Source of the DNA: an uncultured Alphaproteobacteria bacterium | GTDB taxonomy: Bacteria; Pseudomonadota; Alphaproteobacteria; Rs-D84 | Length of the DNA: 64,000 nt | Direction: 5' to 3' | Assembly: GCA_947054455.1 (NCBI GenBank) | Contig: CAMRWN010000001.1 | Location: 4,595 to 68,594, forward strand | Shown here: in pieces, positions 30,703-39,978 of the stretch | Layout of the letters: every line of letters begins with the position of its first letter | Numbering within the stretch: the first letter of the stretch is position 1 | Translations under genes and position numbers: made by a program | The notes under the pieces: model-generated | What the model saw: only the letters and a program-made list of their open reading frames with translations | The model's database searches: none | Told to the model about the DNA's origin: nothing

Positions 30703-30987
30703 TTATCCGACTTGGGCAACCTTGTGCTTAATTTCACGTATTCTTGCCAAAATTTCTTTTAAATCGGTATCAGACACGGACGGCGTGGGGCGATTATGCA
30801 CCTCGTCCGCCAGAACGATGCACAATGTCGCCAGCAACGCACTTTCCGGCAGCGGGCCGATTTTATCCAGTATCTCACGCGCACGCGCATCAACCATTTT
30901 CCCCAGTTCAATCAGACGGCTTTCCTGCCCATCTTCGCATCCCATGGGATAGTTTTTGTTCACAATCGGTATTGAAACCACGCTCAT
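30703..30987 (-). CDS. zapA: cell division protein ZapA
   Basis: About 94 aa. The pattern VSIPIVNKNYPMGCEDGQESRLIELGKMVD fits the ZapA N-terminus. Start overlaps the stop of the upstream coiled-coil gene. Confidence 0.65.
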   Translation of the reverse strand: MSVVSIPIVNKNYPMGCEDGQESRLIELGKMVDARAREILDKIGPLPESALLATLCIVLADEVHNRPTPSVSDTDLKEILARIREIKHKVAQVG

Positions 30988-31193
30988 TTCAGCTTCTCCA
31001 ATATGGAAATGGATTTATCTATCATGTCCATGGCACGGGAATTTTTGTCCCGCAGGGACTTTACCTGCTCGGTTAAAATGGCGACCTCTAAATCCGTCTG
31101 GCGGCCGGCGTTGACCGCAGTCGATCGCAGGCGACCTGTCGCCTCTTCCAATGCGGACAGTTCTTGGAAAATTTGCTGTTTTATATCTGCCAT
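30984..31193 (-). CDS. small coiled-coil protein, ZapB/ZauP-like partner of ZapA
   Basis: 69-aa heptad-rich ORF, translationally coupled to zapA, as for zauP-zapA in Caulobacter. Positional inference. Confidence 0.5.
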   Translation of the reverse strand: MADIKQQIFQELSALEEATGRLRSTAVNAGRQTDLEVAILTEQVKSLRDKNSRAMDMIDKSISILEKLK

Positions 31194-31274
31194 GAATGCA
31201 TTTTAAGATATTTTTTATATGCGTTCAACACCAAAATGTGGTATAATACGCGCATCCATGTGGGGGCAGAATTG

Positions 31275-32321
31275 ATGAAAACCAAAATCATATACATTTC
31301 CGGAAACGAAATTTTCGATATGGCCGACATACGCGCCGCTTTTGAAGAGGTGCGAAACGCCCTGAATCTGGGGCCGGACACGATAATGTTCGGTGTTCCT
31401 GTCGATGCCGACGACGCAATTTCCGCCACAACGGCCCCGTGCCAGATAAGCACCACACCAAACACAACAGACGAAGACGCGGCCCCCATCCCCACGCCAG
31501 AAATTTCAATCCAGGACGATGCAGAACCACAAATCCAGGCTCCGGCCGCGCCAAACCCCGCCGCCAAACGCGGCCGTGGCCGCGCCAAGGCAAAAGATAG
31601 CGCCCCCGTCGCCATAACCGAAGAACCGCAAACGACGGACATGCCTGAAAATTTGGACACGCCTGAAACATCTGACGCGCCTGTTGTTCCGATTTTGTCC
31701 GTATTGGCCGCCAAAGTCGTCGAAGAAACGCAAAATCCAGACATTCCGGACAACACCGACAACGAAGATGCGGTCGACGCAATCGAAGACACAGTTGCAG
31801 ACAACGCGGCGCCGCTGGTCGCGGAAACTGAAATAGAATCAGAATGCGACACGCCGGAAATCACAGACACACTGATTGCCACCGCCGACCTGCAACAGGT
31901 AAAAATAGAAGACATGATTACCGACGACGCGCCCATTGCGTCCGCAGAAAAGACACTGGAACAACTGCTGGAAAGCATGACGCCACTGCGCGAAGACTAT
32001 ATCGATGATGAAATTCCCATGGACGCGGCCGAAGATATCGCACCCACTGCGTTTGAAACACCGGTCGACGCCGGCGATGGCGACGCGACGCTGGAACAGC
32101 TGGCCGCGGAATTCGTGGAAACCGAAGACAGCATTGTCAGCACCCCCAAGGCCGAAAATCATGGCAAAATCGGCAAATTAAAAAACATACTGCCGTTTAA
32201 AAAGGCAAAACGCGACGACGGCGGCCTGATGGGCGACCTGTTCGGATGGGCCGGCATCGCAGCAAACGACGACGAATTTTCAATTCCCGGCTTCTTTACG
32301 ACGGCCGCATCTAAAAAATAA
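31275..32321 (+). CDS. highly acidic low-complexity protein
   Basis: ORF track 31164..32321. The ATG at 31275 is preceded by GGGGG. Ordered N-terminus of about 45 aa, then about 250 aa of D/E/T/P-rich sequence, then a basic/aromatic C-terminal peptide (LFGWAG..FSIPGFF). Confidence 0.6.
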   Translation: MKTKIIYISGNEIFDMADIRAAFEEVRNALNLGPDTIMFGVPVDADDAISATTAPCQISTTPNTTDEDAAPIPTPEISIQDDAEPQIQAPAAPNPAAKRGRGRAKAKDSAPVAITEEPQTTDMPENLDTPETSDAPVVPILSVLAAKVVEETQNPDIPDNTDNEDAVDAIEDTVADNAAPLVAETEIESECDTPEITDTLIATADLQQVKIEDMITDDAPIASAEKTLEQLLESMTPLREDYIDDEIPMDAAEDIAPTAFETPVDAGDGDATLEQLAAEFVETEDSIVSTPKAENHGKIGKLKNILPFKKAKRDDGGLMGDLFGWAGIAANDDEFSIPGFFTTAASKK

Positions 32322-32333
32322 GGCCTGCGCCCG

Positions 32334-32876
32334 ATGGAACCGGAAACAATTGTAAGATTGCTGAAGAATTCGGGCTTTCGTGTTTTGGGCGCCGATTATA
32401 CACATATATATATGGAAGACCCGTCCTGCATCCTGCGCAGTTTCGCGACATTTGCGGAATATGCCTGGATAATAATTGCATTTATAACGGGGATACTGAT
32501 TACGGGCTGGGGGATATCGATGATTCGCGGCGCCAAAAACGACATCGCGATAAATATCCGCAATCTGGCGATTATGTTCGGCACCCTGGCGGCGGTGGTG
32601 CCGATTATAAACACGATATGGGGCGACGACCTGTTCGCGCGCGGATGCCGCACAATCAAGGTGGAAACCTCCCAGATAAAACAAATACTGGATACAAAAA
32701 ATCTGAAGATGACGCCGCGCGGCGACGACCTGTACGAAGAATTCGACATATATGATTCCGGTGCGCAGTACGGGACGGACCCGCTGCCCTATTCCATGGA
32801 CCCGCTGACGGCGGCGGGGGATATTCGGGATGTTTCCACAGAAATGCTAGCGCCCGGCGACATCGCCGCCCATTGA
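32334..32876 (+). CDS. membrane protein, unknown function
   Basis: 180-aa ORF with two clear TM helices. Follows the acidic protein by 12 nt. Confidence 0.5.
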   Translation: MEPETIVRLLKNSGFRVLGADYTHIYMEDPSCILRSFATFAEYAWIIIAFITGILITGWGISMIRGAKNDIAINIRNLAIMFGTLAAVVPIINTIWGDDLFARGCRTIKVETSQIKQILDTKNLKMTPRGDDLYEEFDIYDSGAQYGTDPLPYSMDPLTAAGDIRDVSTEMLAPGDIAAH

Positions 32877-33560
32877 ATATTTCCCCAGCAGGAACATGTT
32901 GCGCGCGGAATATACTATTCCGTTTGAAACCAACAGATGGTCATGCAGAATTATTCCATAACGTCCCAGTTCTTCGGCGATTATATCCGTGGTCTCGATA
33001 TCCTGTCTTGAAAACGCCTTGCCCGATATCGGATGATTATGTACCAGAATAACATAACGCGCATTCAGATTCAGGGCCTGTTTTAATATTTCTCTGGCAT
33101 AGACGGCCGACGTGTCCACGGTGCCGCGACTGTGCATTTCATCAGAAATCAATCGCCAATCCACATCCAGGTAAAACACGTGAAATTCTTCGACCTTTTT
33201 ACCGCCCAGATTCATGCGGCAATAATTTGATAACACACGTTCATCATGAAAGACCGGCGCATCCGCCAATTTGAACTTGCAATCAATCATTATCAGACGA
33301 TGCATCAGCTTGATAAATATCGCCACCCCGCGTCCAACGCCGGGATATTCAACCAACTCTTCCACCGGGGCGGTCAGAATTTGTGGTATGCTGCCGTATT
33401 TCTTTAACAACCCACGCGCCAACGGTCTGACATCACGTCTGGGAATTGCATAACTTATCAGCAATTCAAACAATTCATAATCCGCCAAGTTCCCGTCCAG
33501 AAATTTCTGGCGAAGTCTTTCGCGATGTCCGGCATGAAAAGACGCGTCTGGGGTTGGCAA
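32847..33560 (-). CDS. radC: RadC-family JAB-domain protein
   Basis: HRERLRQKF, YELFELLISYAIPRRDV, HNHPISG (JAMM-like) motif. Confidence 0.85.
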   Translation of the reverse strand: MPTPDASFHAGHRERLRQKFLDGNLADYELFELLISYAIPRRDVRPLARGLLKKYGSIPQILTAPVEELVEYPGVGRGVAIFIKLMHRLIMIDCKFKLADAPVFHDERVLSNYCRMNLGGKKVEEFHVFYLDVDWRLISDEMHSRGTVDTSAVYAREILKQALNLNARYVILVHNHPISGKAFSRQDIETTDIIAEELGRYGIILHDHLLVSNGIVYSARNMFLLGKYSMGGDVAGR

Positions 33561-33572
33561 AATATCTGTCCC

Positions 33573-34334
33573 TTATATCATGCGTTCCGTAAAGATGACA
33601 ACACCGTCCTCGGTTATGCCAAGCGTGTGTTCCCACTGCGCGGACCAGCCGCCGTCAACCGTGCGCGCGGTCCAGCCGTCGGCGTCAATGCGGCATTCGG
33701 ACCGTCCTTCGCATATCATGGGTTCTATTGTAAAGACAAGGCCTGGCACCATTTTCACCTTGTCCCACTGGCGGTCATAGAAATGATATATCTGTGGTTC
33801 GTCGTGCATCACCTTGCCAATGCCGTGGCCGACAAAATCACGCGAAATTGAAAAGCCGTGCGGTTTAACGACCACCTCTATCGTCTTGCCGATTTCCGAC
33901 AACGGCACACCAGGCGCACAAACCGCAATCGCCGCGTTCAGCGCATCCTGGCATGTCATCACCAATTCCCGACGGCGCGGCGCAACGTTGCCAATCATGA
34001 ACATGCGCGACGCGTCGCCATGAAATCCCTTGTATTCGGCCGTCAGGTCGATATTGACAATATCACCGTCGCGCAGCACGACATCATCGCTGGGGATTCC
34101 GTGAACAATTACATCGTTTACGGACGTGCATATGCTTTTCGGATATCCCTGGTATCCCAAATCAGATGAACGCGCGCCGTTTTCCTTTAAAAATGCGGCG
34201 ACCATTCGGTCGATTTCACCCGTTGAAATCCCCGCGCGAATATGGGGCGTTATGTATTCGAAACAGCGCGCAACCAAATCACCGACCGTGCGCAAACGCT
34301 TAAAATCTTTTGGTGCGTATACAGATGCTAACAT
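33573..34334 (-). CDS. map: type I methionine aminopeptidase
   Basis: VIVHGIP, DIVNIDL, FVGHGIGKVMHDEP, FTIEPM blocks. Confidence 0.92.
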   Translation of the reverse strand: MLASVYAPKDFKRLRTVGDLVARCFEYITPHIRAGISTGEIDRMVAAFLKENGARSSDLGYQGYPKSICTSVNDVIVHGIPSDDVVLRDGDIVNIDLTAEYKGFHGDASRMFMIGNVAPRRRELVMTCQDALNAAIAVCAPGVPLSEIGKTIEVVVKPHGFSISRDFVGHGIGKVMHDEPQIYHFYDRQWDKVKMVPGLVFTIEPMICEGRSECRIDADGWTARTVDGGWSAQWEHTLGITEDGVVIFTERMI

Positions 34335-35323
34335 TAATTTCTTCTCCTGACTGATAGTTTTGCGGCGCGCACGGACAGCTTCAATGCAAAATCACGCAAT
34401 AAAACCTCGGCCGGCATGCCGGTCGTGCGCAGCTGCTTTTCCAATTCGTTCAACCGTACCAGAACCGCCGTTATTTCAGACGCCGGCCATATTTTCATCG
34501 CGCTGTTGAATTTTTCCGCGACCTTCCAAAACAAGCGCGGCAGCTGGCCGTCGACCACCGCCGTCAACAGTTTCTTGAAATGCCCGTCCAGCATACGAAC
34601 CAGCATGTTAGGTTCCGCATTATCATACAACAGACGGTCCAATGCGGTCATCGTCTGGCGGACATGTCCCGCCGTCAGCGAATAAAGAAAATCATCCGTG
34701 TCCGCCGCACCGGTATCAGGCAGGCATTTTTCCACATCTTCCAGTTCAACGGTCTTTTTATCATCGACATACAGTGCGATTTTGCCCAAAAATCCACGTG
34801 TAATACCGCGGTCGCCCCCCAGATGCGTCGTCATGTACGCCATTGCGTCCGGGGTAATCTGCACGATTCCAGCTGACGCGGACAGTTCCGCACGTATCAG
34901 TGCCGCTAGACTGCGCGCATCATCCGTATAGCATGCCAGCGCCGCAATTTCAGCGCCGCCTTCGAACAATGTGCGCAGGCCGCCGCCGGCGCGCAAATCG
35001 CCCGCCGCAACAATAACCGTCGCACACAGTCCCGGATGCGACACCAATTCCGCAACCTGTTTCGCGCATGCATCGCCGGCGTTTGATATTATCACCATCT
35101 TGCGCCCGCCGAACATTGACGGCGTGCAACTTTCCGCGAACAGGGCGTCCTGCTTTTCCCGCAGTTCGTCCGAATCCAGCGCGAACGTGTTGTCCTTTTC
35201 AATCCCCAGCTTTTCAATCGCGCGGTCGCAATATTCATCCACCTGGCCGGCGTCGGGCCCGTAAATCAAAACGGCCCGCACTTTTTCAATTCCGCTGTTA
35301 AAGTCCGCGTCTTTCCATTTCAT
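34334..35323 (-). CDS. holA: DNA polymerase III subunit delta
   Basis: Length, the VLIYGPDAGQV start and the conserved lptE-holA synteny. Confidence 0.7.
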   Translation of the reverse strand: MKWKDADFNSGIEKVRAVLIYGPDAGQVDEYCDRAIEKLGIEKDNTFALDSDELREKQDALFAESCTPSMFGGRKMVIISNAGDACAKQVAELVSHPGLCATVIVAAGDLRAGGGLRTLFEGGAEIAALACYTDDARSLAALIRAELSASAGIVQITPDAMAYMTTHLGGDRGITRGFLGKIALYVDDKKTVELEDVEKCLPDTGAADTDDFLYSLTAGHVRQTMTALDRLLYDNAEPNMLVRMLDGHFKKLLTAVVDGQLPRLFWKVAEKFNSAMKIWPASEITAVLVRLNELEKQLRTTGMPAEVLLRDFALKLSVRAAKLSVRRRN

Positions 35324-35799
35324 TGCTTGTCCGCGCCCCGACGCGCCTGATTTTTTGTCTCTGCGATGGCGCGCGTTCCGATTTTTTCCGCCAAAACGGT
35401 TATCGTGTTGTTCACCGCGTTGTTATAAGACGCGTTCGCCGCAACCAGATACCGCACGAACGTGTATGATTCGGACGCAACCGCAGACCCGGTCGCAATT
35501 GTTTCATCACCGCGACGCAAAGTATAAGACGCGTGCATGTATATCTCTTGCCATGATGCGTCGCCGGTCGGTTCCATCGCCTTGTACTTGGTAATAGGTT
35601 CGCCCAAATTCACGGTCAGCGTGTATTCGGCGTTCATATCCCGCTGGCCGCCAAACTTCGCATTCAGGGCATTGCGCAGTTCGATGCCGTTTATTCCGCT
35701 TATTGGCGGGACGTAAATATCCGTGTCATTCCCGGAAAACATTGGTTGAAAGCCGCATCCGGCCAACAGTAAACACACCAGAATTTTTTTCATATGCAC
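35320..35799 (-). CDS. lptE: LPS-assembly lipoprotein LptE
   Basis: Lipobox LLLAGCGF. Size and position immediately upstream of holA. Confidence 0.7.
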   Translation of the reverse strand: MHMKKILVCLLLAGCGFQPMFSGNDTDIYVPPISGINGIELRNALNAKFGGQRDMNAEYTLTVNLGEPITKYKAMEPTGDASWQEIYMHASYTLRRGDETIATGSAVASESYTFVRYLVAANASYNNAVNNTITVLAEKIGTRAIAETKNQARRGADKQ

Positions 35800-35881
35800 C
35801 GTCTTTTTTTATCGCGCAATCAGTTTTCCTATTGCAATTTATTTGTATATTACCTAGACTTTTAATAAATCGCAAGAGGGA

Positions 35882-37120
35882 ATGATGAATATTTTTATCA
35901 TGATTTTGGTGGTATTGTTCATGGGCACCTACTACCTTATCAGCAGCCCCGCAATGCGCATCCAGGAACAGGAAACAACCCAGGCGATTGAACGCGCCGA
36001 TTTGCGGGCCGTTGCCGACTGCGCGGTGGCGGCGCACAACGCGACAATACGCGGCGGCGAATTTCCCGACCCGTGCGTCGCGCAAAACAACATATCCAGC
36101 CGCACCGTATGCCTGACCGCCACGATGGCGACAACAAAATGCGACGGACAGAGAAATAAAAAGCCCGCCTATAGCTATTTCATAACAACAACGGGCGAAC
36201 TGTCGCCGTCGGATTACAACGGTATGCTGGAAATATTGGAAACGCACTATCCCGACGCGGGCACGCTGGGAATATTCATGGAAAATCAGATTTTATCCGG
36301 CGCCACCGGCAAGCGCGCGGTTCCCACCGCCGTCGCGGACCAGGCCGAACTGACCGACGGCCAGCTGGTTTATCTGACCCAGTATGAAATTCCGGATGCG
36401 GACACCGAATTTTCCGCACCAAATTCCGCCGGCATAGAATGCCCCGCCGGCACGGTCAAGACATACAGATTTGGCCGCTGGCAGTGCATAGGATACAATA
36501 TGAAGACAAACTGCGCCGGGGACATGATATGGGATTCGGATTTGCTGGAATGCGTTCCCGACGAATCCAGAAAGCCGCTGTGCGCATCACAACAGACCGC
36601 CGTCATGGTCGACGACGTGTGGGAGTGTATAAACCCATTCACCGACAAAAACTGTGGCAACGGGATGGTCATGCGACTGAACTATAACACGTTGGAATGG
36701 GAATGCGTCGCGGACCCGTCGGCAACGCCAGAAACAAAAAAATGCACCAGCATAGTAGCCGGCGCAATATACGGCCACCTGGGCGCGACACTGCGCAGAC
36801 CGTCGACATCATGCACGGACTGTGAAATTATGCTGACCGACGAAGAAACCTGCACATCGGTATGTGTTCCCGACACGTCGCGAATAAACGATGCAAAATG
36901 CTATCCGGGCGGCGCGGAAAAATGCACGGGCGCGGGACGCGGATTCTATTTCGGATTTCCCAACGCCGGATACGCCGCCAATATACCCGAACTGCGCGGC
37001 AAGCAGATTCCCATTGACCGCACGCATTCCCAGAACAGAAAATTCAACTGCATGGAATGCGGCGAACGCGGAATAAACCAGGAAAAATCATTGCCGCCAT
37101 ACATAACGATATGCAATTAA
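35882..37120 (+). CDS. N-terminally anchored cysteine-rich repeat protein
   Basis: N-terminal TM helix. More than 25 Cys with a recurring C-x(1-2)-G-x(7-12)-[WL]-x-C module (ECPAGTVKTYRFGRWQC, NCAGDMIWDSDLLEC, NCGNGMVMRLNYNTLEWEC). Confidence 0.65.
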   Translation: MMNIFIMILVVLFMGTYYLISSPAMRIQEQETTQAIERADLRAVADCAVAAHNATIRGGEFPDPCVAQNNISSRTVCLTATMATTKCDGQRNKKPAYSYFITTTGELSPSDYNGMLEILETHYPDAGTLGIFMENQILSGATGKRAVPTAVADQAELTDGQLVYLTQYEIPDADTEFSAPNSAGIECPAGTVKTYRFGRWQCIGYNMKTNCAGDMIWDSDLLECVPDESRKPLCASQQTAVMVDDVWECINPFTDKNCGNGMVMRLNYNTLEWECVADPSATPETKKCTSIVAGAIYGHLGATLRRPSTSCTDCEIMLTDEETCTSVCVPDTSRINDAKCYPGGAEKCTGAGRGFYFGFPNAGYAANIPELRGKQIPIDRTHSQNRKFNCMECGERGINQEKSLPPYITICN

Positions 37121-37146
37121 AAATCCCGCACAAAGGCGGGATTTTT

Positions 37147-37755
37147 TTAATGACACATTTGCCGCAGTTTTCGTATCTGTTCCTGTATTGCATCCATATG
37201 ACAGCGCAAATTTTCACTTTCATCGTATAATTTTTCCAGTTCTGCCGCGGAATCCTGGTGAACCGGGTCGCAATCATTATAAGAATCCATGTTAATCCGG
37301 CACGCGGAAATACGGTTGTCCAATATGGTATCACGCGCATCCAGCGCATCATACATTGATTGCAAATTTGCGATTTTGCGCACCAGTTCACGATTGCGTG
37401 CGATGCGCGCAGCCTCATCAATTACACTGGTGAACAATTTATTGAATTTTTCGGCATACGCCAACTGCGCATTTGCACTGTTGCCGACGGCAACGGATTT
37501 CTGCAGTGATGTCATTCGCGCCTCGTGCAGTTCCAGGCATTCACGATATTCCGCGACATCTGACGGGTCATAGCGGCGCGCACTGTCCAGCGCATATTGA
37601 ACGTCGGCTATATTTTTTTGAACATTGGGAATCTGACTTTTTGCGGCATCGGCGCCACGAACATCCGCACGCAATTTCGGCGTTTTGGAATCAACAACGG
37701 CTTTAAGAATATAAAACAAAGCCGGATGTGCTTTCTTTGAACGGATATCCGCCAT
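37147..37755 (-). CDS. coiled-coil protein, unknown function
   Basis: ORF track 37147..37785. The ATG at 37755 has AAGGAG 5 nt upstream. Helical and heptad-rich. Confidence 0.5.
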   Translation of the reverse strand: MADIRSKKAHPALFYILKAVVDSKTPKLRADVRGADAAKSQIPNVQKNIADVQYALDSARRYDPSDVAEYRECLELHEARMTSLQKSVAVGNSANAQLAYAEKFNKLFTSVIDEAARIARNRELVRKIANLQSMYDALDARDTILDNRISACRINMDSYNDCDPVHQDSAAELEKLYDESENLRCHMDAIQEQIRKLRQMCH

Positions 37756-37875
37756 GTCATCTCCTTTGCACATTTTATAATACATATATAGCGTATGCGC
37801 GCGCCCGCGTCAAGTGTTTGGCACCACGCCGGCGCACAATTTCGCAGACACACGAAACCGCGCGCCGGCGCCGCA

Positions 37876-39462
37876 CTATTGCGCCTGGCGCGTAAAGGCG
37901 CCATTGTCCAGCATTTCACGAACCGCAAAATGCTTTATCTTTTTGGCCGACGTCTGGGGCAGCTCTTCTTCCGTTATGGCAAAATGCTTTACCCATTTGT
38001 ACGGCGCGATTGTCAGATTTGATGTCTTTACCAACGCCGCGACGCGACTTATGGTCGTACCCGGCTTTACCTGAAATACGGCAAACGGCACCACTTTGCC
38101 GCCAATGACATATTCAAAAACAGCGGCGGCCAGTATCTCGTCGTTTTGCAGATACAGATCTTCCAATTCATCGGGGTAAACGTTTTTACCGCTGTCCAGA
38201 ACGATGACCTGCTTCTGGCGGCCCTTTACAATCAAACGGCCGTATTTATCCAGTTTGCCCAAATCACCCGTCTTGAACCATCCGTTTTCAAATGCGGCGG
38301 CGTTTGCGTCATTGTTATCCAGATATCCCGGCATGACCATGTTGCCGCGAACCCATATTTCACCGATGCCGTGGCGGTCGGGATTATGTATCTGAATTTC
38401 ATTACCCGGCAGCGGGCCCGCATAATACATCGAACCGTCGTCCAGTCTGAACGCAAAGTTAAAATTGGCAGGTCCCGTCGTTTCTGTCAGTCCATAACAG
38501 TCGCCAACCACAAACCCCAGATTCTCAAAGAACTTGCGGATTGTCGGTTTCAGCGTGGCGCCCGCCGACACCAAAACCTTGGTCTGGCCGCCGAACAGGT
38601 CGTGAATCGGCTGTGTTATCTTGCGCACCAGCCATCCCATTCCTATCGCGCGCAACACGCCGCGCAACGCAACAATCACGCGCATCAGGGTGTAGACGTG
38701 TTTTTCTTTGGCGCCTTCGACTATCTTTTTATAAAACGCCTCCCATATTCTGGGGACGGCCGGTATAACCTCGGGTCGAAATTCTTGGAAATCCTTTAAG
38801 AATTCGCGCGGGTTCAAGACCGGCTGCAACAATAATTTTCCCTGCAACACCAACGGCGCGATGATATTTATAACCACACCATAAATGTGATACAGCGGCA
38901 AAAATCCGTAAAACGTATATCCGGGCTTTATAACGGGCCGATAAAACAACGCCCCCTGCCCCAGCGACAAGATATTGTCATGCGTCAGCCCAACAACCTT
39001 TGGATTGCCGGTCGACCCGGACGTGAACGACAGCATGGCAATGTCGCCCGGCGCTGCCGCGGCGGCCTTGAATTCGCGTGCATCTGTGTCGTCGATGTTT
39101 TCTATGTCAAATGTCTTCGGTGCGCCTTCAATGAAATACGACTTTTGTGCCAGAACCAACTTGCAGTCTGTACGCCGCATCATGTTCAGGTGTTCCGTCG
39201 CGGACAAACCGGTATCCAACATCAAAACACGCGCGCCCTGGGACACAATGGCAAAATATGAACGGATGAAATCAGGGGTGTTGCCGGACAGTATCGCGAC
39301 GGTATCACCCTTTTTAACACCGAACTTTTTCGCCAGCAGCACCGCGCGCTGCTTTACCTTTCTTAACAAGTCTGCATATGTTTCGTTTTGTCTGACAAAG
39401 AAAATACGGTCTTTGTTCTGCAAACAAACATCCTGCAGCATTTCATATATGTTTTTAATCAT
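37876..39462 (-). CDS. AMP-dependent synthetase/ligase (acyl-CoA synthetase-like)
   Basis: LSFTSGSTGNPKVVGL AMP-binding motif, YGLTET, TGDLG. Confidence 0.85.
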   Translation of the reverse strand: MIKNIYEMLQDVCLQNKDRIFFVRQNETYADLLRKVKQRAVLLAKKFGVKKGDTVAILSGNTPDFIRSYFAIVSQGARVLMLDTGLSATEHLNMMRRTDCKLVLAQKSYFIEGAPKTFDIENIDDTDAREFKAAAAAPGDIAMLSFTSGSTGNPKVVGLTHDNILSLGQGALFYRPVIKPGYTFYGFLPLYHIYGVVINIIAPLVLQGKLLLQPVLNPREFLKDFQEFRPEVIPAVPRIWEAFYKKIVEGAKEKHVYTLMRVIVALRGVLRAIGMGWLVRKITQPIHDLFGGQTKVLVSAGATLKPTIRKFFENLGFVVGDCYGLTETTGPANFNFAFRLDDGSMYYAGPLPGNEIQIHNPDRHGIGEIWVRGNMVMPGYLDNNDANAAAFENGWFKTGDLGKLDKYGRLIVKGRQKQVIVLDSGKNVYPDELEDLYLQNDEILAAAVFEYVIGGKVVPFAVFQVKPGTTISRVAALVKTSNLTIAPYKWVKHFAITEEELPQTSAKKIKHFAVREMLDNGAFTRQAQ

Positions 39463-39674
39463 AAATAATGCTCTTCTTTATTGTTAACATATCCGGCCTG
39501 GGCCGGCATCCTATATTGGACATTTAATTAATAGCGTTTTTGAATAGGAAACACAACCTATTATATAATTTGACAATTTATACAAAAGTTCTATAATTTT
39601 GCCGCAATGCGCTAACCGCACCTGATTTGTATAGTGCATTTTTTATAAAAACAGAATCGAATCACCACCACTTT

Positions 39675-39722
39675 TGTCAATATATAGTCGTCAATTCGAT
39701 AAAAATTCACCATATTTTGTGT
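39675..39722. promoter_or_regulatory. putative NrdR box pair (distal)
   Basis: tgtcaatatatagtcg (39675-39690) and tcaccatattttgtgt (39707-39722). Centres are 32 bp apart. Both resemble the NrdR palindrome acaCnATATATnGtgt as I recall it. Confidence 0.45.
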
Positions 39723-39904
39723 TTTTTATAAAAATCCGAATCAGATTCGTTGCCTTTAAATTTATTTTTTTGACACAAAAACGCCTTTGGTGCACAACAA
39801 TACGATTCACTACCTATCTGTAATGCGCAGAAAATCCGCCTTTTAAAAAGTAAAGCAAAAAATAAAAAAATTTTTAATTTTTATATATTGCCCCAAAGCA
39901 TCAA

Positions 39905-39953
39905 AAACAATATATTGACAAGGAATTAAGAAAAAGACCACTACATATTGTGT
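39905..39953. promoter_or_regulatory. putative NrdR box pair (proximal)
   Basis: aaacaatatattgaca (39905-39920) and ccactacatattgtgt (39938-39953). Centres are 33 bp apart. The pair ends 26 nt before the nrdD start. Confidence 0.5.
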
Positions 39954-39978
39954 TTTTGGACAAAACAGGGGTACGACA

